NCBI GenBank assembly: GCA_050743125.1
Contig: JBOGEB010000013.1
Coordinates: forward strand, 11,287-43,286
DNA: 32,000 nucleotides
DNA from: Egibacteraceae bacterium
GTDB taxonomy: Bacteria; Actinomycetota; Nitriliruptoria; Euzebyales; Egibacteraceae
Reading direction: 5' to 3'
In this document: one piece after another, positions 16,870-24,779 of the stretch
Position numbering within the stretch: the first letter of the stretch is position 1
How the letters are laid out: the number at the start of each line of letters is the position of its first letter
The notes under the pieces: generated by a model
Told to the model about the DNA's origin: nothing
The model's database searches: none
Seen by the model: the letters and a program-made list of their open reading frames with translations, nothing else
Translations under genes and position numbers: made by a program

Positions 16870-16919
16870 GGGGCGGGTCTGAGGGGCCTGTGGGGCTGTC
16901 GATGAGAGCGCAGGAGACG

Positions 16920-16942
16920 AAAAAACCGGCCGTGGCCGGGTT
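16920..16942 (-). terminator. weak intrinsic-terminator-like hairpin with T6 tail (minus strand)
   Basis: The minus strand reads AACCCGGCCACGGCCGGTTTTTT. A T6 run is rare at this GC content. It lies ~110 nt downstream of the transposase-fragment stop. The stem is short (4-6 bp). Confidence 0.3.
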
Positions 16943-17054
16943 GAGGCAGCAGTCGACGGATGTTCGGATGGTGTTGGGGCAGGCTGAGGCAGCGGCAGGG
17001 CCGCTGGCAGATGTTGTGAGAGGATTGTCGGACGGCGAGGGGAGATCAGGCCCG

Positions 17055-17509
17055 TCAGGTGGCCGGTAGGGGCAGTGCGTCCAACCGTTCGAACGCCGCT
17101 GCCAGCTGGGCCGCCCACGGCCAGTCATGCTGGATTCTCAGCTTCAGCCGCCGGCCCGAGCGGACGATCCGCGCTGGGGCGTGCAGCACCTTGCAGCGCA
17201 GGGTGGCGGGCTCGGCCAGCCGCAGCCGACCGTCGAACGTCAACACCTGCGTCCACACCATGAGCTCCTGAGCCGTCATCACCGGCTGCAGCCAGACGGC
17301 GTCGCGTTCGAACGTCTCGCACGGCAGGTTGCGCGCCCCGGTGTCACAAGGCGTGCGCGGATGCGGTCCTCGACGTGCGCGAGGCCGCGATGGCGCACGT
17401 CCCGGCCGGCGAGATCCGCGTCGGGCTGGTCGGTGAGGAAGGCGGTGAACCGTTTCCCGTCGACGTCGAACAGGGTCTGCTGCGCCCCGGGATGCAGCGC
17501 CGTGAAGCC
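17055..17509 (-). mobile_element. IS1380-family transposase gene fragment (C-terminal ~150 aa only, frameshifted)
   Basis: Two minus frames together read HPGAQQTLFDVDGKRFTAFLTDQPDADLAGRDVRHRGLAHVEDRIR / DTGARNLPCETFERDAVWLQPVMTAQELMVWTQVLTFDGRLRLAEPATLRCKVLHAPARIVRSGRRLKLRIQHDWPWAAQLAAAFERL. This matches the conserved IS1380 C-terminus as I recall it. The N-terminal ~300 aa are absent. Confidence 0.7.
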
Positions 17510-18100
17510 GCGCGACGATCTCGCGGAACCGGTCCAGGACACGGCCGCAGCCCAGATCTTTGGTGTTGGCCACGATGGCCTCGAAACGCAGGACGTGCTC
17601 GCCTTTGGTGTACGCCTTGGAGGGTCAGGTTGCCGAAGCGGGACCTTGAACACCGTCAGGTCGTAACAAGGTGTGGCGACCACGGCCTCGACGCGCCAGG
17701 TGCTCGTGCGGTTGCGGTGAGGACGGCTCTTGGCGCCGAACAGGGTCCGTATCTTCGCCCACGTCCAGCCTGGAGCGGGTGCGGTCTACCAGCTGCCCGA
17801 AGACCCGCTGGATCTGGGCGCCGGAGGAGAACAGCAGATTGCGGCTGTATTCGGCCTGATAAACCGAGTAGGAGCAGCGAAAGCCGCTGCGCTGCTGATC
17901 TGCCAGGTCCAAACCGAAGCACAGACACGCCGAGTAGATCCGGGCGCTCGCAGACCTGGCTTGCCCGCCCTACTGTCGCCTGCTGCGACAAGGTGTCTGC
18001 GATCTAAAGCCAGGCCTGCGGGGTCGGCTGTACGAGTGAAGCAGTTGCCTTCTTTGACGAAGCCGATCCCCGCCTTGCGCGCTGTTAGCCGCCAGGGTTT
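17505..18100 (-). pseudogene. second degraded transposase-like/conserved actinobacterial ORF, spread over three frames
   Basis: Minus-strand pieces in successive frames read GIGFVKEGNCFTRTADPAGL..., YSVYQAEYSRNLLFSSGAQIQRVFGQLVDRTRSRLDV, IRTLFGAKSRP, YDLTVFKV, RFGNLTL and KAYTKGEHVLRFEAIVANTKDLGCGRVLDRFREIVARL. The series ends abruptly where the IS1380 fragment begins (~17505-17512). I did not recognise the family with confidence. Confidence 0.5.
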
Positions 18101-18421
18101 TTGACCTTGGTGTGGGCCGATTCGGCCGGGGTTGTTGTCCTCTACGCAGGGTGACGGACGGTTTGCTGTCGGGCGCGGGGACGGAAAGGATGTCGCGGTC
18201 CTGACATGAGTCGGCCCTCGCGACGCCTGTCAGCGTCCGAGGGCCTTGGGCTGATCGTGGCAGCCGTTGCTGATCGTATTCGCTGTCGAGGTTGGGGTCA
18301 GCGATGACGTTGTGAGACGGCGGCCGGTCCGCGGTCGAAGAGCTGCCGATCGCTCGGGACCTCATCCACAGATCGACTGGGATACTTGCGCCCACACCAC
18401 CCGATCAGGCATACTACGAAC

Positions 18422-19777
18422 ATGTGTTTGATCGATGGGCAGACAGCGGTAGACGCGCTGGCGTCGGCCTGCGACGCGCTGGCCGCCCGCGACCTGGACA
18501 CGTTAGGCGAGGCCCGGTTGCGCGCCGACGTGGAGGCGTTGACACGGGTCGCCGCGCGGGTGGCCGCCGAGCGGCTGCGGTGTGTGGCCGCGGTCGCGCG
18601 TCGCGCGCCGGACGCGGCAGCCGGCGCGGAGCAGGCGCAGCAGCTGCTGCGCACCGCGGGGCGGCTGTCCGGCGGGCAGGCCGCCAGCCAGACACGGCTG
18701 GCCACCGCGCTGGCCGACCCAGGGTTGCAGGTCACGGCGGCGGCGTTGGCGGCGGGGCGGATCAGCCCCGGCCAGGCCGACGCGCTCGCCCAAGCGGCGC
18801 GCACCCACCCGCAGCTTGTCGCCGCAGCGCAAGACGAGCTGGTCGCCCAGGCATCTGAGTGCGACGACCGGGCGTTTCGGGAGGCGCTGGCCGACCGTCG
18901 TCACGCCGCGGATCCTGGTCCGGAGGAGGAGCGGGCGTGCCGCCAGTACGCCGCCCGCCGGTTCGCTCTGTGCCCGCTGCCCGACGGGATGCGCCAGACC
19001 GACGGGCTGCTGGACCCGTCCGGCGCCGCGCTGCTGGCCACCGCGTTGGACGCGTTGGCCGGTCCTGACCCGGCCACGGTGCCCGAGGAGCTGCGGCGCA
19101 CCCGTGAGCAGCGGATGGCCGACGCACTGGTCGAGCTGGCCCGCCGCGCGTTGGCCCGCAACGACGAGCTGCCCAGCGTTGCGGGCCTGCAGCCTAGGGC
19201 GACGGTGTTCGTCACGCCGGAGACGCTCGCTGAGGAGCCCGACGCCCCGGCAGCACGGTTGGACTGGGCGGGGGTGATCTGCGGCGCGACCGCCAGACGG
19301 ATCGCGTGCGACGCCGACGTGGTCCGCCGCCAGGTCACCCGTGACGGGCGGACGGTGTGGGTGGACGCGCGCCGGCATCCCAGCCCCGCGCAACGCCTAG
19401 CGGTGATCGAGCGTGACCGCACCTGCCGGTTCGTCTACCCGGACGGCACCCGGTGTCAGCGGCCGTGGCAGTGGTGCGACTGCCATCACGTCGAGCATCA
19501 CGGCGACGGCGGGCCCACGCTGATCCCCAACCTCGCGTTGCTGTGCACAGCTCACCATCACGCGGTGCACGAGGGCGGCTGGTGGGTGACCGGCAACGCC
19601 GACGCGACGCTGACCTTTCACCCGCCGTTGGGCTGGCCCCACCACCAGCCGCGACCGCGTCCCGCGCGGCCGGCTCCACGGACCGTGCCGCCAGCCAGAC
19701 CGCCCGCCACCCACCATCCCGGCAGCAACCGTGGCCCCCGCGACCCCGACCCTCCGCAACTCGTCCTGATCGAATGA
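18422..19777 (+). CDS. DUF222 / HNH endonuclease domain protein (13E12-repeat-type)
   Basis: The N-terminal DUF222-like region (ALDALASACDALAARDLDTLGEARLRADVEAL...) and the C-terminal HNH (CRFVYPDGTRCQRPWQWCDCHHVEHHGDGGPTLIPNLALLCTAHHHAVHEGGW) are typical of the actinobacterial DUF222-HNH family. The ATG at 18422 is preferred over the upstream alternative start at 18386. Confidence 0.85.
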   Translation: MCLIDGQTAVDALASACDALAARDLDTLGEARLRADVEALTRVAARVAAERLRCVAAVARRAPDAAAGAEQAQQLLRTAGRLSGGQAASQTRLATALADPGLQVTAAALAAGRISPGQADALAQAARTHPQLVAAAQDELVAQASECDDRAFREALADRRHAADPGPEEERACRQYAARRFALCPLPDGMRQTDGLLDPSGAALLATALDALAGPDPATVPEELRRTREQRMADALVELARRALARNDELPSVAGLQPRATVFVTPETLAEEPDAPAARLDWAGVICGATARRIACDADVVRRQVTRDGRTVWVDARRHPSPAQRLAVIERDRTCRFVYPDGTRCQRPWQWCDCHHVEHHGDGGPTLIPNLALLCTAHHHAVHEGGWWVTGNADATLTFHPPLGWPHHQPRPRPARPAPRTVPPARPPATHHPGSNRGPRDPDPPQLVLIE

Positions 19778-19935
19778 CGTGGAAATGACGTCGGACAGTC
19801 AGACCATACCCGCCAGATGGAGAGCGGGCGGCGCAAGGCGGTTGTCAGGCTCACGGCATGAGAGCCCGACGCCGCAGAAGCCGCTGCGCAGAGCTGCGTT
19901 ACGCTGGCCGCGAGCCGCAGGAGGGGGGCCAAAGC

Positions 19936-20310
19936 ATGGATCACGCGGTCAGGGTCGTCACGGAGCTGTATCTGCGTCGCAGATCGGCCGGGCTCACGCG
20001 CAAGGAACTCCTGAGGGAAGTCGATGATGGCTGCGAGCAGCCGATGGGCGTGACCCAGGAGGCGCTCTACCACTGGGAGATCCGCGAATGCGAGCCCCGC
20101 CCCTACCACGCGAAGCCGCTGACGGCCTTCTTCGATGACGTCACGTCGATCGCCGAGCTCGGGCTGGGTCACACGCCCAGAACCGCCTTCCATTGGACCT
20201 GGGCCACCGATGAGGAGATCGAGGCGGAGGTGGGGCGACGCAGGGCCGCGCAGACGCTCGCCAGTGAGGAGATCCAGATGGACCGAAGGACCGTAGTGCA
20301 ACCGCGCTGA
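19936..20310 (+). CDS. XRE-type helix-turn-helix protein (probable N-terminal half of a frameshifted HTH-TPR regulator)
   Basis: ATG at 19936 is preceded by AGGAGG. The HTH-like segment is RSAGLTRKELLREV...GVTQEALYHWEIRE. The ORF ends MDRRTVVQPR*, where full-length relatives continue with a RRxF/V...GAGAAL segment. Confidence 0.6.
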   Translation: MDHAVRVVTELYLRRRSAGLTRKELLREVDDGCEQPMGVTQEALYHWEIRECEPRPYHAKPLTAFFDDVTSIAELGLGHTPRTAFHWTWATDEEIEAEVGRRRAAQTLASEEIQMDRRTVVQPR

Positions 20311-20327
20311 TCGGGGCGGGGGCCGCG

Positions 20328-21302
20328 TTGCTGCCAGTCGGGTCGCTGACCGCGATGGCGCAGCTGCTGGGAGGACGCCCCACCATCGGGTTGGGCGATG
20401 TGCAGTCCTCCAAGGACGTCGCCACCCACCTCGCTGCCGAGTACCTCGCGAACCCGAGCAACGAGACGGTCCGCGCCGCCCTCGCGCACGCGCGCACGCT
20501 GGCCGATCGGCTGAAGCGGGCGTCGATGACCGATGCGGTGCGTACCGGGTTGGCCGCGGTCGCCTCCGACGCCGCCTCACTCGCCGGCGTCACGCGCCAG
20601 AGCGCCGGGCGAGTCACCGAGGCCGGGTTGTGGTTCGACGATGCGATCGACCTTGCCCGCGAGGCCGGCGACCGCCGCCTCGAGGCGCTCGCGATCGCGC
20701 ACACCGCGTGGACGGTCTCCGAGAGCACGATGCTCGGGTACGGCGACCGCTCCCCGTCGCTCGTGGCCTTGCAGGGCGCTGCTGCGCTCGACCGGCATCT
20801 GCCACCAGCCGCTCGTGCGTGGGTGAGCGGCCTGCTCGCCCTCGACCTGGCTGCCATCAATGACGATGCCGGTTCAGGCCAAGCGCTGGAACGCACGCTC
20901 GCCGCTGCGGCACGTGTCGGCCGCAGCGGGCCCGGCTGGGGCTGGTGCTCCGAGCATGGAGAGCTGTCCGGCTGGGACGGCGCGCGGGCCGCCGTGTACA
21001 CCGGGCTGCGACCGCTCTATCTGGGCCGTCACCGGGACGCGGCGCTGCTGTTGGACAGCGCGCTGGACGGGACCGTCGTGCCGGCCCGCCGCGCCACGCT
21101 GCATGTGGACCTCACGCGCGTCGGCGTCGGGCTCGACGAGCCTGAGCGCGCTCGCGCCCAGGCGCTCGCCGCTCTCGATGAGGCGGACAAGCACGAGCTT
21201 GAGGTCATCCGGGATGAGCTGCGCCTGGTGCGCGCGAGCTTCCCGCCCGAGTGGCCCGACTGGGTCTCAGAGGAGCTGGACGAGCGGCTCGCGCTGGCCT
21301 GA
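20328..21302 (+). CDS. helical-repeat (TPR-like) domain protein, probable C-terminal half of the same regulator
   Basis: The frame is open from 20268 and reads TALIGAGAALLPVGSLTAMAQLL before the listed TTG start. No SD is present. The helical repeats are typical of the C-terminal domain of actinobacterial XRE-family regulators. Confidence 0.55.
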   Translation: MLPVGSLTAMAQLLGGRPTIGLGDVQSSKDVATHLAAEYLANPSNETVRAALAHARTLADRLKRASMTDAVRTGLAAVASDAASLAGVTRQSAGRVTEAGLWFDDAIDLAREAGDRRLEALAIAHTAWTVSESTMLGYGDRSPSLVALQGAAALDRHLPPAARAWVSGLLALDLAAINDDAGSGQALERTLAAAARVGRSGPGWGWCSEHGELSGWDGARAAVYTGLRPLYLGRHRDAALLLDSALDGTVVPARRATLHVDLTRVGVGLDEPERARAQALAALDEADKHELEVIRDELRLVRASFPPEWPDWVSEELDERLALA

Positions 21303-21321
21303 GAGCCTTCACGACCGCCGA

Positions 21322-21347
21322 GAGCCCCCGCCGCCACAGCGGGGCTC
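21322..21347 (+). terminator. GC-rich hairpin downstream of the regulator gene (possible terminator, no U tract)
   Basis: GAGCCCCCG-ccgccaca-GCGGGGCTC, 20 nt after the stop at 21302. Confidence 0.3.
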
Positions 21348-21433
21348 ATTCCTGTAATCCTGGCTGAACTCTTTAACGCTTCATCTGCTGCTGGCCCTAT
21401 CTGCCCCAGTCGCCGGGCTGGCAGCCTGCGGGT

Positions 21434-21688
21434 ATGGATGATGCAGATGTGGGCAGGCCGGCGGTGGTCCGGGTGGAGCGTGCGGATCCGCTGGTGGTCT
21501 CGTGCTCGGCGTGCGGGTGGATGCCCACGCCGTGGCAGCCGGACGACCCAGGGGCGCTCCTCCACGCGGTGGTCGACCATTGGGTAGAGGTCCACTGGCA
21601 GGGGCCCAACCGAGATGAGGGCAGCCGGCGAAGGTTGACAGGCGGCAGCGGTGACGTCGTTGAAGGTCGGCGGTCGGGGCGGGCGTAG
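21434..21688 (+). CDS. small hypothetical protein (84 aa)
   Basis: High GC3 and a non-repetitive sequence (PLVVSCSACGWMPTPWQPDDPGALLHAVVDHWVEVHWQGP). Weak RBS. No family recognised. Confidence 0.35.
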   Translation: MDDADVGRPAVVRVERADPLVVSCSACGWMPTPWQPDDPGALLHAVVDHWVEVHWQGPNRDEGSRRRLTGGSGDVVEGRRSGRA

Positions 21689-21751
21689 AGGCCCGGCGCG
21701 TCGCCCCCGAGCGTGCCGGGTGGTCCCTGCCCCTTCCGCCCCAACTGCGGG

Positions 21752-22324
21752 TCATTCCAGCAGCTTGGCGGCGTCAATGATCTCGTGGGCGACCTGGGCC
21801 ATGGTCTGGTTGCGGGACCGGGCGCGGCGCTGAATCCGGATGAACGCCTCCGACTCGGTCAGCCCCGCCCGGTCCATCAGGATCCCCTTCGCGCGCTCGA
21901 CGAGCTTACGGACCTCCAAGGCGTCGGCGAGCCGGTCGACCTCGGCGCGCAACGCCTGAAACTCGGTGTAGCGGGCGACCGCGAACCGCAACGCCGAGTC
22001 GACCTGCCCCGCGTCGACCGGCTTGACCAGGTAGGCGGCCACGCCAGCGTCGATCGCCCGAGCGACCAGGTCCGGGTCGTCGTAAGCGGTGATGGCCACG
22101 ATCGCCACGCCTCGGCTGTCGGTGATCCGCCGCGCGGCCTCCAAACCGTCCATACCCGGCATGACCAGATCCATCACGACGGCGTCAGGCTGGGCGCGCT
22201 CGGCGACCGCGACCGCCGCCTCGCCGTCGCCGACGCGCCCCACCACCTGGTGCCCTAACGCCACGAGCTTCGCCTCCAACCCCAAGGCGATGACCGGGTC
22301 GTCCTCAGCGATCAGCACGCGCAC
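21752..22324 (-). CDS. response regulator with ANTAR RNA-binding output domain (PdtaR/AmiR-like)
   Basis: The REC domain is VRVLIAEDDP...DAVVMDLVMPGMDGLEAARRI...AYLVKP. The C-terminal ANTAR is LEVRKLVERAKGILMDRAGLTESEAFIRIQRRARSRNQTMAQVAHEII. The GTG start overlaps the kinase 3' end by 20 nt. Confidence 0.9.
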   Translation of the reverse strand: MRVLIAEDDPVIALGLEAKLVALGHQVVGRVGDGEAAVAVAERAQPDAVVMDLVMPGMDGLEAARRITDSRGVAIVAITAYDDPDLVARAIDAGVAAYLVKPVDAGQVDSALRFAVARYTEFQALRAEVDRLADALEVRKLVERAKGILMDRAGLTESEAFIRIQRRARSRNQTMAQVAHEIIDAAKLLE

Positions 22325-23522
22325 GCGTCGTCTCCTCGCTGTCTATGGGGACGTTGACCTGCACCTGCCAGCCGCCGCCATACACGCCCATAGTGACCTG
22401 GCCGCCCATGCCGTCCTCGACCAGCCGATGGATCAACGCGAACCCCAGGCCGTGCTCAGCGCCCTGCGGCCCTGTGCCCTCGTCGGCGACGCGCAGCTCG
22501 AGCAGGCCGTCGTCCCGGGCGAACTCCACGGTGACCGCGCCCCGCCCGTAGCGCAGCGCGTTGGTCACCAGCTCGTTGACGACCAGCGCCGTCCACGTCG
22601 CGCGCTCGCCCTCCAGCTCGGTGTCGTCACCCCGGACGGTGACCGTGCGTCCGCCTCCCAGCCGGTCGGCCAGCAGCGTCGCGATGCGCGTGATGACCGG
22701 CCGCAAGCTGACCCGCCCCACGGCGCGGTGGGCGAGCGACTGGTGGACCGCGGCCACGCTCTGGATCCGGCTGAGCGTCTCGTCGACCACGACGCCGAGC
22801 TGGCTGTCGGCCTTGCCCGCCTCCATCGTGAGCAGGTCGGCGACGAGTTGGAGGTTGTTCTTGATCCGGTGGTGGGCCTCGTCGGCGAGGATGCGCTCCA
22901 TACGCGCCTCATGCTCCGCCCGAGCGCGCGACACGGCGGTGTCGGTGACGATCTGCGCGAGCACCGTAGCGACGCCGGAGGCGCCGACGAGCACGCCCAG
23001 CCGCACCACCAGCACAGCCATGGGCGGGCGGGGACCAGCCACCAAGACCGCGAGCAGATAGCCGCCCAGCGCCAACGCGTACAACGCCACCTGACGGCGA
23101 CGGCCCTCGGTCGTCGCGACGAACGGCAGCACCAGGAAATACAGCAGGTAGAAGTCGGAGGTCCAGCCACCCTCGAGAAAGGTGAGCGCGGCGACGAGCA
23201 GGACGAGCGCGGTGCCCCACGCGGTCAGGATCGCCTCGCCGGGTCGGCGCCCGACGAGACGCTCCCATGGCAGCAGGGCGAGCACGCCGTTCGCGACCGC
23301 GGCGGCCCCGGCGAGGACCCACACAGCCGTCTGGGAGACGGCTTGACGCGGCGGCGGGTGCGGCAGCACCGACCCGGCGAAGACGACCGCCACGGAGGCC
23401 CAGCCGAGCAGGATCGCGAGCCGCACCATGCGCAGGCGAAAGGTCTGGAGTGGGGCGGCGTCATGCGTTAGAGTCATTGCCACAGACTCATTGTCCACCG
23501 ACTCGCGACGGTCGGCGGACAC
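22305..23522 (-). CDS. membrane sensor histidine kinase, HisKA_2 type
   Basis: About 6 N-terminal TM helices. H-box ADEAHHRIKNNLQLVADLL, and HATPase region LVVNELVTNALRYG...DEGTG...GLGFALI. The listed start is GTG at 23522; an alternative ATG lies at 23477. Confidence 0.85.
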   Translation of the reverse strand: MSADRRESVDNESVAMTLTHDAAPLQTFRLRMVRLAILLGWASVAVVFAGSVLPHPPPRQAVSQTAVWVLAGAAAVANGVLALLPWERLVGRRPGEAILTAWGTALVLLVAALTFLEGGWTSDFYLLYFLVLPFVATTEGRRRQVALYALALGGYLLAVLVAGPRPPMAVLVVRLGVLVGASGVATVLAQIVTDTAVSRARAEHEARMERILADEAHHRIKNNLQLVADLLTMEAGKADSQLGVVVDETLSRIQSVAAVHQSLAHRAVGRVSLRPVITRIATLLADRLGGGRTVTVRGDDTELEGERATWTALVVNELVTNALRYGRGAVTVEFARDDGLLELRVADEGTGPQGAEHGLGFALIHRLVEDGMGGQVTMGVYGGGWQVQVNVPIDSEETTRARADR

Positions 23523-23530
23523 CGGCCACG

Positions 23531-23570
23531 AGGCCGATCACCCGCCGACGGTGATCGGCCTTTCTGCGTT
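23531..23570 (+). terminator. intrinsic-terminator-like hairpin in the divergent kinase/sigma intergenic region
   Basis: AGGCCGATCAC-ccgccgacg-GTGATCGGCCT (11-bp stem) followed by TTTCTGCGTT. No co-oriented gene ends upstream of it, so its role is unclear. Confidence 0.35.
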
Positions 23571-23617
23571 GCGAGGCCCCTTGCGAGAGGCCCAAAGATG
23601 TGGGGTGGACAGCGCAC

Positions 23618-24676
23618 ATGGCGAACAGCTTGACGGATGGCAGGCCTTTCCTCGGCGCTCGATCAGGTGCACGACGGCGGCGCGTTCGACGGGACGGCGC
23701 TTCGCTCGATCGCTACTTCGACCAGATCGGCGTCGTCGACCTGCTCGACGCCGCCGAGGAGGTCCGGCTCGCCCAGGCGATCGAGGCAGGACGGGCGAGC
23801 GCCCAGCGTATCGGCACGGCGCCCACGCTGGCGGCGGCGGAGCAGGCTCGACTCCAAGAGATCGCCGTAGCTGGCGCTGCGGCGAGGGAGCATCTCATCA
23901 CCGCCAACCTGCGGCTTGTCGTCCACGTCGCGACGCGGCAGCCCGGCGCGTCGGGCATCGCTCTCGCCGACGTCATCCAAGACGGCAACCTCGGGCTGAT
24001 CGAAGCCGTCGACCGGTTCGACTGGCGGCGCGGCTACCGGTTCTCGACCTACGCGGCCTGGTGGATCCGTCAGTCCATCCAGCGGGGCACGATCAGCACC
24101 GCGAACCGTTCGATCCGGCTCCCGTATCCGTTGCACGACGCGGTCCTGCGGATCGCGGCCGCGCGGGAGCGGCTCCAGGCCACGACCGGATGTGAGCCCT
24201 CTCCTCGCGAGCTGGCGCTGGCGACGAGGCTCAACCTCCGTCTGGTCGAGCGCGCGCTCCAGGTCCCGCCTGACGCCCTGTCGTTGCACCGGCCGCTTGG
24301 TGGCTGCGGCGAAGCCCCCGACCTCGGTGAGCTCGTCACCTCCTGTGAGGACTCCCCCGCCGACGAGGTGACCGAGCGTCTCTACTCCGCCACGGTGCGG
24401 CGGGCGGCCGCCGCCCAACTCGACGACCGCAGCTGGCAGGTGCTGTGCCTGAGGTTTGGGCTGGACGGCGGCGATCCGATGACCTACGACGCGATTGGCG
24501 CGGAGGTTGGGTTGTCCAGGGAGTCGATCAGGCTGATCCTCAAGGGCGCGCTGGCAGTCCTGCGCGCCGAGTTCGCCGAGGGGGAGACCGGTGAGGACTG
24601 CCACCTACGGCTGCCGCGCCGACGCCAGCTCCCACCGGCCCCCAACGACCAAGCCGTGTCCGCCGCGGGTGAGTGA
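23618..24676 (+). CDS. RNA polymerase sigma-70 family factor (RpoD-like, regions 2-4 present)
   Basis: YFDQIGVVDLLDAAEEVRLAQAIEAG (region 1.2), ITANLRLVVHVA...DVIQDGNLGLIEAVDRFDWRRGYRFSTYAAWWIRQSIQRG (region 2), region 3, and LRFGLDGGDPMTYDAIGAEVGLSRESIRLILKGALAVLR (region 4). An alternative GTG start lies at 23600. Confidence 0.85.
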   Translation: MANSLTDGRPFLGARSGARRRRVRRDGASLDRYFDQIGVVDLLDAAEEVRLAQAIEAGRASAQRIGTAPTLAAAEQARLQEIAVAGAAAREHLITANLRLVVHVATRQPGASGIALADVIQDGNLGLIEAVDRFDWRRGYRFSTYAAWWIRQSIQRGTISTANRSIRLPYPLHDAVLRIAAARERLQATTGCEPSPRELALATRLNLRLVERALQVPPDALSLHRPLGGCGEAPDLGELVTSCEDSPADEVTERLYSATVRRAAAAQLDDRSWQVLCLRFGLDGGDPMTYDAIGAEVGLSRESIRLILKGALAVLRAEFAEGETGEDCHLRLPRRRQLPPAPNDQAVSAAGE

Positions 24677-24682
24677 ACTGCG

Positions 24683-24730
24683 CTTGTGGCCAGGATTCGT
24701 CACGCATGCGTGACGAATCCTGGCCACAAG
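24683..24730. repeat. perfect 48-bp palindrome in the convergent sigma/murC intergenic region
   Basis: CTTGTGGCCAGGATTCGTCACGCA|TGCGTGACGAATCCTGGCCACAAG. The two 24-nt halves are exact reverse complements. It starts 7 nt after the sigma gene stop. Confidence 0.9.
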
Positions 24731-24752
24731 GACGTCCGGAACGGAGACCGTA

Positions 24753-24779
24753 CACGGAGCACTGACTCAGTGCTCCGTG
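24753..24779. repeat. 27-bp palindrome overlapping the murC stop codon (possible murC terminator hairpin)
   Basis: CACGGAGCACTGA-c-TCAGTGCTCCGTG. The arms are perfect 13-mers. The murC stop (TGA on the minus strand) lies inside it. Confidence 0.8.

Noticed and set aside
18100-18420. Continuation of the CRISPR array on the far side of the transposase debris
   Set aside because: I scanned for GTTCC...GAAAC-type units and for any ~37-nt periodic repeat, and found none.
23618-24676. Sigma factor as a CRISPR-associated RpoE, as in type III-E loci
   Set aside because: It is ~7 kb from cas2 and separated from it by mobile debris, HNH, regulator and two-component genes. It is a full RpoD-like sigma with regions 1.2-4, not an ECF sigma.
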